This document shows positions 1-8,275 of a stretch of 41,896 bases of DNA, one piece after another. The notes beneath the pieces are model-generated. The model did no database searches. It had not been told where the DNA came from and was given only the letters and a program-made list of their open reading frames with translations. The stretch is from positions 1-41,896 of the forward strand of contig JAGHJJ010000085.1 in the NCBI GenBank assembly GCA_017886705.1, in the 5' to 3' direction. A program made the translations under genes and the position numbers. The stretch comes from Bacilli bacterium. Its GTDB lineage: Bacteria > Bacillota_I > Bacilli_A > RF39 > UBA660. The first letter of the stretch is position 1, and each line of letters opens with the position of its first letter.

Positions 1-2
1 AG

Positions 3-137
3 AATGAGAAAGTAAAAGACTTAAGTGTTAGAAGTTGGATATGTCCAGAATGTGGAAGTTATCATGATAGAGATTATAATGCCAGTTATAATATTATGTT
101 TGAAGGATTAAAGAAATATATGATGGAGTTAAAGTAG
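3..137 (+). CDS. tnpB: TnpB (IS200/IS605-family RNA-guided endonuclease), C-terminal fragment, 5' truncated by window edge
   Basis: Frame 3 reads [44 protein letters not shown]: Zn-ribbon CPEC plus RuvC-III DRDxNA motif typical of TnpB. Not in the ORF track. Confidence 0.9.
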   Translation, partial: NEKVKDLSVRSWICPECGSYHDRDYNASYNIMFEGLKKYMMELK

Positions 138-159
138 GAAAAGAAAGAAACAAAAGAAA

Positions 160-264
160 AACTACGGTAGCGACTATCGGATGTTAAGCCTGTGGAGAAG
201 TAAGGTTACCTAGTCAGTGAAGCAGGAAACTTGGAAGGTGACGACCAAGGCGAATTAAGTTTAC
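160..264 (+). ncRNA. Probable TnpB omegaRNA (reRNA) scaffold / IS right end
   Basis: Directly after tnpB: ACGGTAGCGACTATCG hairpin, GCCTGTGGAG...GAAGCAGGAA pairing block and CTTGG...CCAAG hairpin, all typical of IS200/IS605-type 3' ends. Exact end uncertain. Confidence 0.65.
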
Positions 265-275
265 TTAATTCTTTT
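252..275. terminator. Inverted repeat between convergent tnpB and 284..1024
   Basis: GAATTAAGT-TT-ACTTAATTC perfect inverted repeat followed by TTTT on +. Confidence 0.45.
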
Positions 276-283
276 GTTCTGCC

Positions 284-1024
284 TTAATGAAAGATTCGTA
301 AATAGAGTACAAGTATTCCTGTAGCGATAGTAATGATATACCAGCTATAAACAGCAAAGTGAAAAAATTGTTCTCGTCTAGGGTCAGGCAGAAAGACATC
401 ATTGGGATTGTTAGGGTTAATAAATAGTTTAAGTTTATCTCCAACAGAAAAAGGACTTCTTGAATAAATTTCACTTGATTCCATAATCTTGTATTTTTTA
501 TTATTAAAGGTAAACTCTAACTTAGGTATATAAATAGGTACTACGGAAGAGACAGATGATTTATGTACTTTTAAAATAGTTGCTTCTACTTCTTGTGTAC
601 AATTTTTGATTTTATTTGCTATATATTTTCTTCTTTCTATATATCCGAGCCCTGGTAATAAGAATAATAATGCAATTAATATACCTAGTATATAAGATTT
701 TCCTAAGTCTAGTTGAAATAAATCATATATAGCTAATATAAATATTAAGATACACACAACTATTAAGTCGTAGACTAAAAGACTATGCTTTTTTTCTTTT
801 GCTGCCGATATCATTCCGATTAAAAAAAGATGTGAAAATATTAATATACTTACTGTGTGATTAATTGTCGCAAAACAACAAAATGCTCCCATCATTATTC
901 CGAAATATAAATAGATAAAACAGACTTTTATACTTTTCCATCCTGTGAGATGTTCCTTCTTTTTTTGTAATAAATAACATATGATAGACACAATTAAAAA
1001 AATAGCTCCCGCAATATAATTCAT
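284..1024 (-). CDS. Multi-pass membrane protein with C-terminal DUF3592-like beta domain
   Basis: About 5 N-terminal TM segments, then EATI...YIPKLEFTFNNKKY...VGDKLKLFINPNNP, then a final TM; RBS AGGAGG upstream. Confidence 0.7.
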   Translation of the reverse strand: MNYIAGAIFLIVSIICYLLQKKKEHLTGWKSIKVCFIYLYFGIMMGAFCCFATINHTVSILIFSHLFLIGMISAAKEKKHSLLVYDLIVVCILIFILAIYDLFQLDLGKSYILGILIALLFLLPGLGYIERRKYIANKIKNCTQEVEATILKVHKSSVSSVVPIYIPKLEFTFNNKKYKIMESSEIYSRSPFSVGDKLKLFINPNNPNDVFLPDPRREQFFHFAVYSWYIITIATGILVLYLRIFH

Positions 1025-1140
1025 AATACCCTCCTATTATTTGTTACTATTATATTATTTTAATTGTATCATTCAAAGGAAGCTTTGTCTATTTCTTTCT
1101 TTAGTCTTGTTAGATTTTAAAAATTATTATATAATGTTAT

Positions 1141-2058
1141 ATGATAGGGTGTGGTAGTTTGATAAAAGTAAAAAGTCAAGAAACAAGAAGACTGATATCA
1201 TTTGTTATGCTTACAATTGGTTCCATAATTGCGGCTTATGCTTTAGAAAGTTTTTTAATACCCAATACTATTTTAGATGGTGGAGTAACTGGTATTTCCA
1301 TTATTGTATCTAAAATAACCAATTTACCAGTAAGTATATTAGTTTTAATATTAAATATTCCTTTTGTCTATATTGGATATAAAAACTTAGGTAGAGGATT
1401 TTTGATTCGAGCAGTATATAGTATGGTACTATTTTCTGTTTCGCTATCAGTATTTAGGTATTATGAACCACTAACAGAACAGATGCTTTTAGCAACAGTA
1501 TTTGGTGGAATTTTACTAGGACTTGGTGTAGGACTTGTTATTCATTTTGGAGGATGTGTGGATGGTACAGAATCTGTTGCTTTAGTAATTAGTAAAAAAA
1601 CTACTTTGTCTGTAGGACAAGTTGTATTAGTTTTTAATTTAGTAATTTATTCAGTTGCTGGAATGATTTTTGGAATTGACCGTGCAATGTATTCTCTACT
1701 TACTTATTTTATTACATTTAAGGTAATAGATTTTGTGTCTGAGGGCTTTGAACAAGTGAAGGCTGCATTAATTGTTACAGAAAAGGGTACAGATATGGCT
1801 AAAGAGATTTATAAAAGACTTGGTCGTACTGTAACAACAATTCGTGGAAAAGGATTAATTAGTGGAGATAAAGAAGTGATGTATTGTGTACTTACTAGAA
1901 TGGAAATTTATGAACTTAGACATATTGCAGAGGAGATGGATGAGAGTGCTTTTATTACTATATTGGAAGTATCGGATATTATAGGGCAACATATTAAATC
2001 TACTCAACGATTATCACATAAGAAAATACGTTATCAAAGAAAGGAAGAAAAAGTATGA
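1141..2058 (+). CDS. YitT family membrane protein (DUF161/DUF2179)
   Basis: LDGGVTGISII, GG(C)xDGTE, RTVTTIRGKG, DESAFI motifs; real start may be TTG at 1159. Confidence 0.9.
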   Translation: MIGCGSLIKVKSQETRRLISFVMLTIGSIIAAYALESFLIPNTILDGGVTGISIIVSKITNLPVSILVLILNIPFVYIGYKNLGRGFLIRAVYSMVLFSVSLSVFRYYEPLTEQMLLATVFGGILLGLGVGLVIHFGGCVDGTESVALVISKKTTLSVGQVVLVFNLVIYSVAGMIFGIDRAMYSLLTYFITFKVIDFVSEGFEQVKAALIVTEKGTDMAKEIYKRLGRTVTTIRGKGLISGDKEVMYCVLTRMEIYELRHIAEEMDESAFITILEVSDIIGQHIKSTQRLSHKKIRYQRKEEKV

Positions 2059-3182
2059 ATCAAGAACAAAATCAACAATCGTCTAATGTAACAAATAGTC
2101 AAAATACGATACCTAATGTGGATGTGTCATCTGGCGTTAATACTACTATTCCATCAACAACCTCTCTTCCAACAACACCATTAACTCCTCAAACAGAACA
2201 ACCAGTAAATACATTAGTAGGTAGTCCTGGTGTTATAGTTGCACCAGTAAGTAATGAGCCAACGGATGCTTCTAGTGCTGATAAAGGAAGAGTAAATGGC
2301 GTTGTTCGTGATGCGACAGAGGTTCCTCAAACATTATCTCAAACGACAAGAATTAATCCTACTGTGGTTGCTCCAAAAGTAAATGTTACATCTGATTCTA
2401 CCGTGCCTTTGGTTACAGAAAATACATTACCGAATCAGTTAGAACTTCCACCAAAAAAATCTCGTAAAGCTAAAGTTGTTATTATTTTGCTAATTTTAAT
2501 AATTGCTGGTTTAGGATTTTATATTTATCAAGATTATACAAAAGATTTAGCTAGGGGAGAATGCAGTCTTTTGGTAGCCAGTGATAATACTCTTAGAGAA
2601 TTAGATCTTAATTCTTCTATTGTGCAAGAATTATATGACAAAGTAAAAACAACAATTAGAGAAGATGTTGCATATCATAACTTTGATGATACTTTTAAAT
2701 TATATTTAGCTTATCGCCAGATTCCGAATTCAGATATTTATGACTCTCATTGCAATTTATTTGATAATAGTTCTATGAGTAATTTTTCTTGTGATGATAC
2801 CCTTTCTTTTGTTCCTAAAGCATTTAAAGTTGAAACGCTAGAAAGGGAAGTTAAAAAGCTATTTGGTGAAAGTGTTACTATAGAAAATCAAAATATCGTG
2901 CTTGGAAATAGTTGCTTTGCCGGGTTTCAATATATTCCAGAACGAGGGGAATATGTACAAGGATATTGTGGTCAAGTACCTACTACTACTTATAATGCTG
3001 ATAAAGAGTTGATTTCTGCAACCGTTCAGGGAGATACAATTATCCTAAAAGAAAATGTCAGATATTATAGTGCAGAAGGAATTTCTGGTAATCAATTACA
3101 AAATGGAGTTTATGTTCATACATTTAAATTAGATAATAACTATCATTATGCTTATGTAGATAGAACTGTTGAAGCTGCTTAA
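2055..3182 (+). CDS. Hypothetical bitopic membrane protein (T/P/Q-rich low-complexity N-terminus, single TM, Cys-containing C-terminal domain)
   Basis: 375-aa ORF overlapping the yitT stop by 4 nt; KKSRK followed by a hydrophobic helix. Confidence 0.75.
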   Translation: MNQEQNQQSSNVTNSQNTIPNVDVSSGVNTTIPSTTSLPTTPLTPQTEQPVNTLVGSPGVIVAPVSNEPTDASSADKGRVNGVVRDATEVPQTLSQTTRINPTVVAPKVNVTSDSTVPLVTENTLPNQLELPPKKSRKAKVVIILLILIIAGLGFYIYQDYTKDLARGECSLLVASDNTLRELDLNSSIVQELYDKVKTTIREDVAYHNFDDTFKLYLAYRQIPNSDIYDSHCNLFDNSSMSNFSCDDTLSFVPKAFKVETLEREVKKLFGESVTIENQNIVLGNSCFAGFQYIPERGEYVQGYCGQVPTTTYNADKELISATVQGDTIILKENVRYYSAEGISGNQLQNGVYVHTFKLDNNYHYAYVDRTVEAA

Positions 3183-3212
3183 AAAATATGTTATATTAGA
3201 AAAGGTGATAGA

Positions 3213-3737
3213 ATGGAAATACTAAAAATTGTGACTGGAATGTTAGATGAAAATTGTTATGTTTTAAAAAATAATGGAACTTGTTTAGTAGTGGATCCAG
3301 GAGATGATTATATAAAAATAAAAGAGATGATTGGAGAAGATAAAGTGTTAGGAATATTATTAACACATTCTCACTTTGATCATGTTGGAGCTCTTCGTCA
3401 TTTTTTAACCAAAAGAAGTATTAAGATTTTTAAAAAGAGTAGTGTCGAAGAGAAAGAATATCAAATTGGAGATTTTTCATTTGAAACTATTTTTACTCCA
3501 GGACATTCTAAAGATTCTATTAGTTTTTATTTTAAAGAAGAAAAAGTAATGTTTGTTGGAGATTTTGTCTTTAAAGATTCGGTTGGTAGATATGATTTGC
3601 CTGGAGGAAGCGAACAAGAACTAAAAGAAAGTTTAGCAAAATTAAAAACTTATCCCGCAGATGTTGCTTTATATCCAGGGCATTATGAAACCACAACTCT
3701 GGGTGAGGAAATGGAAAATAATCCATATTTGAGATAG
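3213..3737 (+). CDS. MBL-fold metallo-hydrolase (glyoxalase II/YqgX-like)
   Basis: THSHFDH, TPGHS, GD, YPGH metal-ligand motifs; NPYL C-terminus. Confidence 0.9.
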   Translation: MEILKIVTGMLDENCYVLKNNGTCLVVDPGDDYIKIKEMIGEDKVLGILLTHSHFDHVGALRHFLTKRSIKIFKKSSVEEKEYQIGDFSFETIFTPGHSKDSISFYFKEEKVMFVGDFVFKDSVGRYDLPGGSEQELKESLAKLKTYPADVALYPGHYETTTLGEEMENNPYLR

Positions 3738-3747
3738 GAGCAAGCTT

Positions 3748-4062
3748 ATGTATATAGATGTAGTTGTCTTAGTTATTTTAATTGTATTAGTAATAATGTT
3801 CTTTAAGAGATTTTCATCTTTTGTTTTCTTCATGGCGATAGTAGATATTTTATTAAGAATATTAACATTTATAAAAAATAATATTGGTCTTCCAGATGTT
3901 AGTGCTTTAATTGGTAAATATGTTCCAGCAAGTATCCCGGCGATTATAGATAAATATTGTAATGGAATCATTAATACAATATTACAATGGGCCTTCGTAA
4001 TATTAATGTGTATCTTTTTAGGATATATTACTAAAATATTTATTAAAAAGAAAAAAATTTAA
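3748..4062 (+). CDS. Small membrane protein
   Basis: RBS AGGAG, three hydrophobic segments, basic tail. Confidence 0.75.
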   Translation: MYIDVVVLVILIVLVIMFFKRFSSFVFFMAIVDILLRILTFIKNNIGLPDVSALIGKYVPASIPAIIDKYCNGIINTILQWAFVILMCIFLGYITKIFIKKKKI

Positions 4063-4125
4063 TAATAAACAAAGAAATGACAAGTTTAGCCATTTCTTTT
4101 TTTTATACTTACTTTGGTGATGGGA

Positions 4126-4896
4126 ATGAAAGTTTATTTAGATTTAGTCTTTTTCATTAACTTTTTCTTTGATTTCATAATTTTATTTGCTACTAAAATA
4201 GCATTAAAAGAAGTAGTTCCTTTTTGGAGATTAATACTTGGTAGTTTAGCTGCTAGTAGTTCCATATTTCTTTTATTCCTGTCGCTTACTAATTTAGAAT
4301 TATTTTTACTTAAAGTACTTATAAGCATTGTAATCATTTTAACTACTTTTGGAAGGAGGAATTTTTTATCAGACATCATATATTTTTATTTAATTAGTAT
4401 CATATTGGGTGGCTTTCTATATTTGTTTGATATTAGTTTTAGTTACAAAAACCAAGGTGTGATTTTTTTTGGAGCAGGACTTGGATTAAATTTATTAGTA
4501 ATCATTATACTTGCACCGATTTTTCTATATTTTTATATTAAACAAGAAAAGAAAAACAAGGTTGAGCAGTCAATTACTCACTCTGTAGAAATTTATATTG
4601 ATGAAAAAGTATATCATCTAAAAGGAATGTTAGATACAGGAAATAGATTAAAAGATCCTTGTACTGGTAAGAGTGTAATATTAATTAATGCTACTGTAGA
4701 TATTCCCATGCCAAGATTTTTCTATGTACCGTATAAAGCATTAAATACAGAAGGAGTAATCCCTTGTTGTAAAGTAGAAAGAGTAATTGTAGATAATAGA
4801 GTTTTTTCTAAATGTTTAATAGGGATTAGTAAAGATGAGTTTTTGTTAGGAGGAGTAGATTGTATTTTACCAAATAAGTTTAAGGAGGAATTATGA
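4126..4896 (+). CDS. spoIIGA: Pro-sigmaE processing aspartic peptidase SpoIIGA
   Basis: VYLDLVFFINFFFD N-terminus, 5 TM segments, catalytic LDTGNxLxDP; directly upstream of sigE. Start chosen at ATG after GGTGA. Confidence 0.9.
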   Translation: MKVYLDLVFFINFFFDFIILFATKIALKEVVPFWRLILGSLAASSSIFLLFLSLTNLELFLLKVLISIVIILTTFGRRNFLSDIIYFYLISIILGGFLYLFDISFSYKNQGVIFFGAGLGLNLLVIIILAPIFLYFYIKQEKKNKVEQSITHSVEIYIDEKVYHLKGMLDTGNRLKDPCTGKSVILINATVDIPMPRFFYVPYKALNTEGVIPCCKVERVIVDNRVFSKCLIGISKDEFLLGGVDCILPNKFKEEL

Positions 4897-5585
4897 AAAA
4901 AATATTAAATTGGATTAAAAGTTTATTTTCAAGAGTATATAGTATTTTTTATGTTGGATCTACTGATATGCTTCCAGAACCATTATCCAAAGAGATGGAA
5001 GAGTATTATGTAGAAAAGATGCAAAGAGGAGATTTAGCTGCGAAAGATAAATTGATAGAACATAATTTACGACTTGTTGTTTTTCTTGCTAAAAAATATG
5101 AAAATACAGGAGTAGATTTAGAAGATTTAGTAAGTATTGGTACAATTGGATTAATCAAAGGAATTCAAACATTTCAAAGTGGTAAAAATATAAAGTTAGC
5201 AACTTATGCTTCTAGATGTATTGATAATGAGATATTGATGCATCTTAGAAAGAATAAAAAGACCAAAACTGAAGTTAGTATTGATGCTTCTTTATCTTTT
5301 GATGGAGAGGGAAATGAATTACATTTAGAAGATGTTTTAGGAACCGATCCTGATATTGTTACGAAGAGTATTGAAGAAGAAAATGATAAAAAGGTAATGT
5401 TAGAAGAAGTTATGAAGTTAAAGCCCAGAGATCGTGATATTATTGTTCTTAGATATGGACTTTTAGGTAATGATGAGCTTACACAAAAAGAAGTGGCTGA
5501 AAAATTAGGAATATCACAATCCTATATTTCTAGAATTGAAAAAAAGGTAATTAAAAGATTACGTACTGTAGTTAGTAATTTTTAG
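4893..5585 (+). CDS. sigE: RNA polymerase sporulation sigma factor SigE (pro-sigmaE)
   Basis: Pro-sequence, LIEHNLRLVV, DLVSIGTIGLIK, KLATYASRCIDNEILM, TQKEVA..LGISQSYISRIEK; overlaps spoIIGA. Confidence 0.92.
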   Translation: MKKILNWIKSLFSRVYSIFYVGSTDMLPEPLSKEMEEYYVEKMQRGDLAAKDKLIEHNLRLVVFLAKKYENTGVDLEDLVSIGTIGLIKGIQTFQSGKNIKLATYASRCIDNEILMHLRKNKKTKTEVSIDASLSFDGEGNELHLEDVLGTDPDIVTKSIEEENDKKVMLEEVMKLKPRDRDIIVLRYGLLGNDELTQKEVAEKLGISQSYISRIEKKVIKRLRTVVSNF

Positions 5586-5592
5586 TTTTAGA

Positions 5593-5621
5593 TTTACTTC
5601 TTTTTTTCTTTGTGTTATACT
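5593..5621 (+). promoter_or_regulatory. SigA-type promoter for adhesin 1
   Basis: TTTACT-17 bp-TATACT with TG extended -10; same hexamers recur at 8204..8232. Confidence 0.55.
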
Positions 5622-5641
5622 CATTTTAGTAAGGTAAGAAG

Positions 5642-8083
5642 GTGAGTAATATGTTTAGTAATTTAAAAAAATATTGGCGACAAGGTGATAAAATTAGTAA
5701 ATACTTGACAGTTGTTGCTGTATTTTTATTAGTTTTTTCATTAGTGTTTGTAAGTATCGCTGGCAATAGTTTTGCAGCTAGCATACCACCAGATGAATTA
5801 ACTGCAGCATTAGGTGGAGATGTAACTGATGATCGTGTGGAATTGTTTCCGGAACTAACAGGCTCAGAAAGAATAGCGCTAGTTCCTTTTGTTGCAACTG
5901 ACAGCACAGGAAAGCAATACCATATGTATTGTTTAGAAAAAGAAAAAGATTGGTATGAAGATACAGTAATTACTAAAACTGGTACATTAGATGCTGGATA
6001 TGCCTATATTGTGCAAAATGGTTATCCAGCTAAGTCTCTTACAGGAGATGGAAATAGTGATTCATTTTTAACTCAAGTAGCGGTATGGTTATACCAAGAC
6101 CGAGTTGCTGGAGTTTCTGATGATACTACAGGAGTATTAACGTCTAACCAAAAAAGTGTAATCTTAAATAGCAAATATGCATCAATTATTAAATCTTTAG
6201 TGGACGGGGCAATCAATGCTAAAAATAATTATCAAAATGTGAAACCAGAATTTTCAATTTCTTCAAGTAGTTTTCATTTGGATTCTACAGGAAATTATTT
6301 AATAACAGATGAGATTTCAGTTTCTGCTAATGTGAATTTTTCTTCATATCAAGTAGCAGTAGATATGAATGGTGCTGAAATATTAAACAAGTCGAATCAG
6401 CCTGTTACGGGTAAAATATCTAGTAATGAAAAATTTAAAATTCGTATTCCATTATCTAAATTGACAACTGCTGATTTAGATATTAAGGTTACAGTAATTT
6501 TGGATTATACACAATATGAAGCTTATCAGTATTCTCCTCCTACAACAGAGACGGGAATGCAAAAGTCATTTGCAGCAGTTATCAATGCTGTTTCTAAACA
6601 GGCAACATTAGATCAAACAATACCTATTCCAACCGGTAGTTTAACAATAGAAAAAGTAAGATCAGATAATAATCAAGCTTTAGCTGGTGCTAAAATAGAA
6701 GTGCGTAGAGCTATCAATAATGAATTGGTTCAAACATTTACGACAGGAACAAATCCTAAAACAATTACTAACTTATTACCTGGAAAATATACGATTACAG
6801 AAACGAGTGCTCCAGAAGGATTTTTAATTGATGAGAAAACTGTTTCAGTAACTATTAACACCAATGCATTAAATCCTACAGTGAAGTTAACTAATTCACC
6901 ATTATCTTTTAGAGTCAGGAAAGTAGATAAAACAACAGGGCAAGCAGTTGCTGGTGCTGTAATTAAAATTGTTAATTCTAGTGGAGTGGAAGTTTATAGA
7001 TTTACTTCAACTACAGATTATACTACAATTCCAGAATTAACTGCTGGTAGCTATCAAGCAATTGAAGTTAGTCCGCCAGCAGGTTATTATTTAAACTCAG
7101 CGCCAGTTTCTTTCACCGTTTCTGAGAGTAATACATCTCAAAATATTGAGATACAAAATACAAAGACATCTGTGAAATTAGGTAAAGTGGATGCAACTAC
7201 TGGTAAATATATTGCAGGAGCAGAGCTAAAACTATCTAGAGAAGACGGAAATATGGAACCTATCACTTTTGTAAGTGAAGATAAAGCAAAGATTTTTGAG
7301 GGACTATCTATAGGAAAATACATCTTAGAAGAAACAAGTGTTCCAGAAGGATATGTTACAAGTAATTCAAAAATTTCATTTGAAATTTCATCAGATGGGA
7401 AAATGAAAAACATTTCTTTAAAATCCGAATACGCCAACATCTCTATTCAAAACAAAAAACTGGTAATTGATACAAATAAAGTAGCAGGATATCAATTCCA
7501 GTTATTCACAGTAGGTGGTGATTTAGTAGATACCTATGATATTAAAGAGACAGTATTTACTTCTGACACTTTAGAAGATGGATCTTATATTTTAAAACAA
7601 ACAAAGGTACCAGAAGGAATATTAATGAACTCTAATCCATATTATTTCACAATTTCTGATGATGCTTCAGATAATACGGTATATTTTGCTAACGATTATA
7701 CCAAAGTACATTTCGAAAAGAAAGAAATGGTTGGTGGAGAAAATCTTGCAGGAGCAGAACTAGTATTAAGAGATGAAGAAGGAAATGTAGTAGAACAATG
7801 GACTACTACAACGTCTGCAAAGGTAATTGAGAAATTAAAACCAGGTAATTATACATTAAGCGAGCTAAAAGCACCTGATGGCTATCAGTTAAACACTTCA
7901 CTTTTAACTATACAAGTAAAAGATACGAGTGACATTCAAGTATTTACTATGTATAATGATTTAAAAGTAGAAGTTCCAAATACATCTCGAAACTCAGTTT
8001 TATATTTCTTTATAGGTACAATATTAGTCTTTGCTGGTTTAAGTGCCTTTGGATATGTTTATTTAAAAAGAAAAAAAGCTTAA
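5642..8083 (+). CDS. Sortase-anchored surface adhesin: thioester (TED/TQxA) domain plus 5 SpaA/CnaB-type repeats
   Basis: Signal peptide; YCLEKEK thioester Cys motif; TQVAVW; MQK candidate Gln; repeated K.D...GA..L...G.Y...E..AP.GY units; C-terminal VPNTS, TM, KRKKA. Confidence 0.88.
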   Translation: MSNMFSNLKKYWRQGDKISKYLTVVAVFLLVFSLVFVSIAGNSFAASIPPDELTAALGGDVTDDRVELFPELTGSERIALVPFVATDSTGKQYHMYCLEKEKDWYEDTVITKTGTLDAGYAYIVQNGYPAKSLTGDGNSDSFLTQVAVWLYQDRVAGVSDDTTGVLTSNQKSVILNSKYASIIKSLVDGAINAKNNYQNVKPEFSISSSSFHLDSTGNYLITDEISVSANVNFSSYQVAVDMNGAEILNKSNQPVTGKISSNEKFKIRIPLSKLTTADLDIKVTVILDYTQYEAYQYSPPTTETGMQKSFAAVINAVSKQATLDQTIPIPTGSLTIEKVRSDNNQALAGAKIEVRRAINNELVQTFTTGTNPKTITNLLPGKYTITETSAPEGFLIDEKTVSVTINTNALNPTVKLTNSPLSFRVRKVDKTTGQAVAGAVIKIVNSSGVEVYRFTSTTDYTTIPELTAGSYQAIEVSPPAGYYLNSAPVSFTVSESNTSQNIEIQNTKTSVKLGKVDATTGKYIAGAELKLSREDGNMEPITFVSEDKAKIFEGLSIGKYILEETSVPEGYVTSNSKISFEISSDGKMKNISLKSEYANISIQNKKLVIDTNKVAGYQFQLFTVGGDLVDTYDIKETVFTSDTLEDGSYILKQTKVPEGILMNSNPYYFTISDDASDNTVYFANDYTKVHFEKKEMVGGENLAGAELVLRDEEGNVVEQWTTTTSAKVIEKLKPGNYTLSELKAPDGYQLNTSLLTIQVKDTSDIQVFTMYNDLKVEVPNTSRNSVLYFFIGTILVFAGLSAFGYVYLKRKKA

Positions 8084-8091
8084 ATGGGGAG

Positions 8092-8116
8092 AAAACTATC
8101 TTTTAAAGATAGTTTT
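8092..8116 (+). terminator. Rho-independent terminator
   Basis: AAAACTATCTTT-T-AAAGATAGTTTT hairpin after the adhesin 1 stop. Confidence 0.7.
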
Positions 8117-8203
8117 TGATTATAAGGGAAGGAAAGTAAAATTTTAAAAAGTAAGTAAGATTAATTATATGAGTAAGTAATTTTTGTTTTTTCCTTTATC
8201 TCA

Positions 8204-8232
8204 TTTACTTGCTTTTTTTATTATGCTATACT
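8204..8232 (+). promoter_or_regulatory. SigA-type promoter for adhesin 2
   Basis: TTTACT-17 bp-TATACT with TG extended -10. Confidence 0.55.
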
Positions 8233-8275
8233 GTACATTATAGAGTAAGTTAATAAGGTATGGTGAATTTGATAT

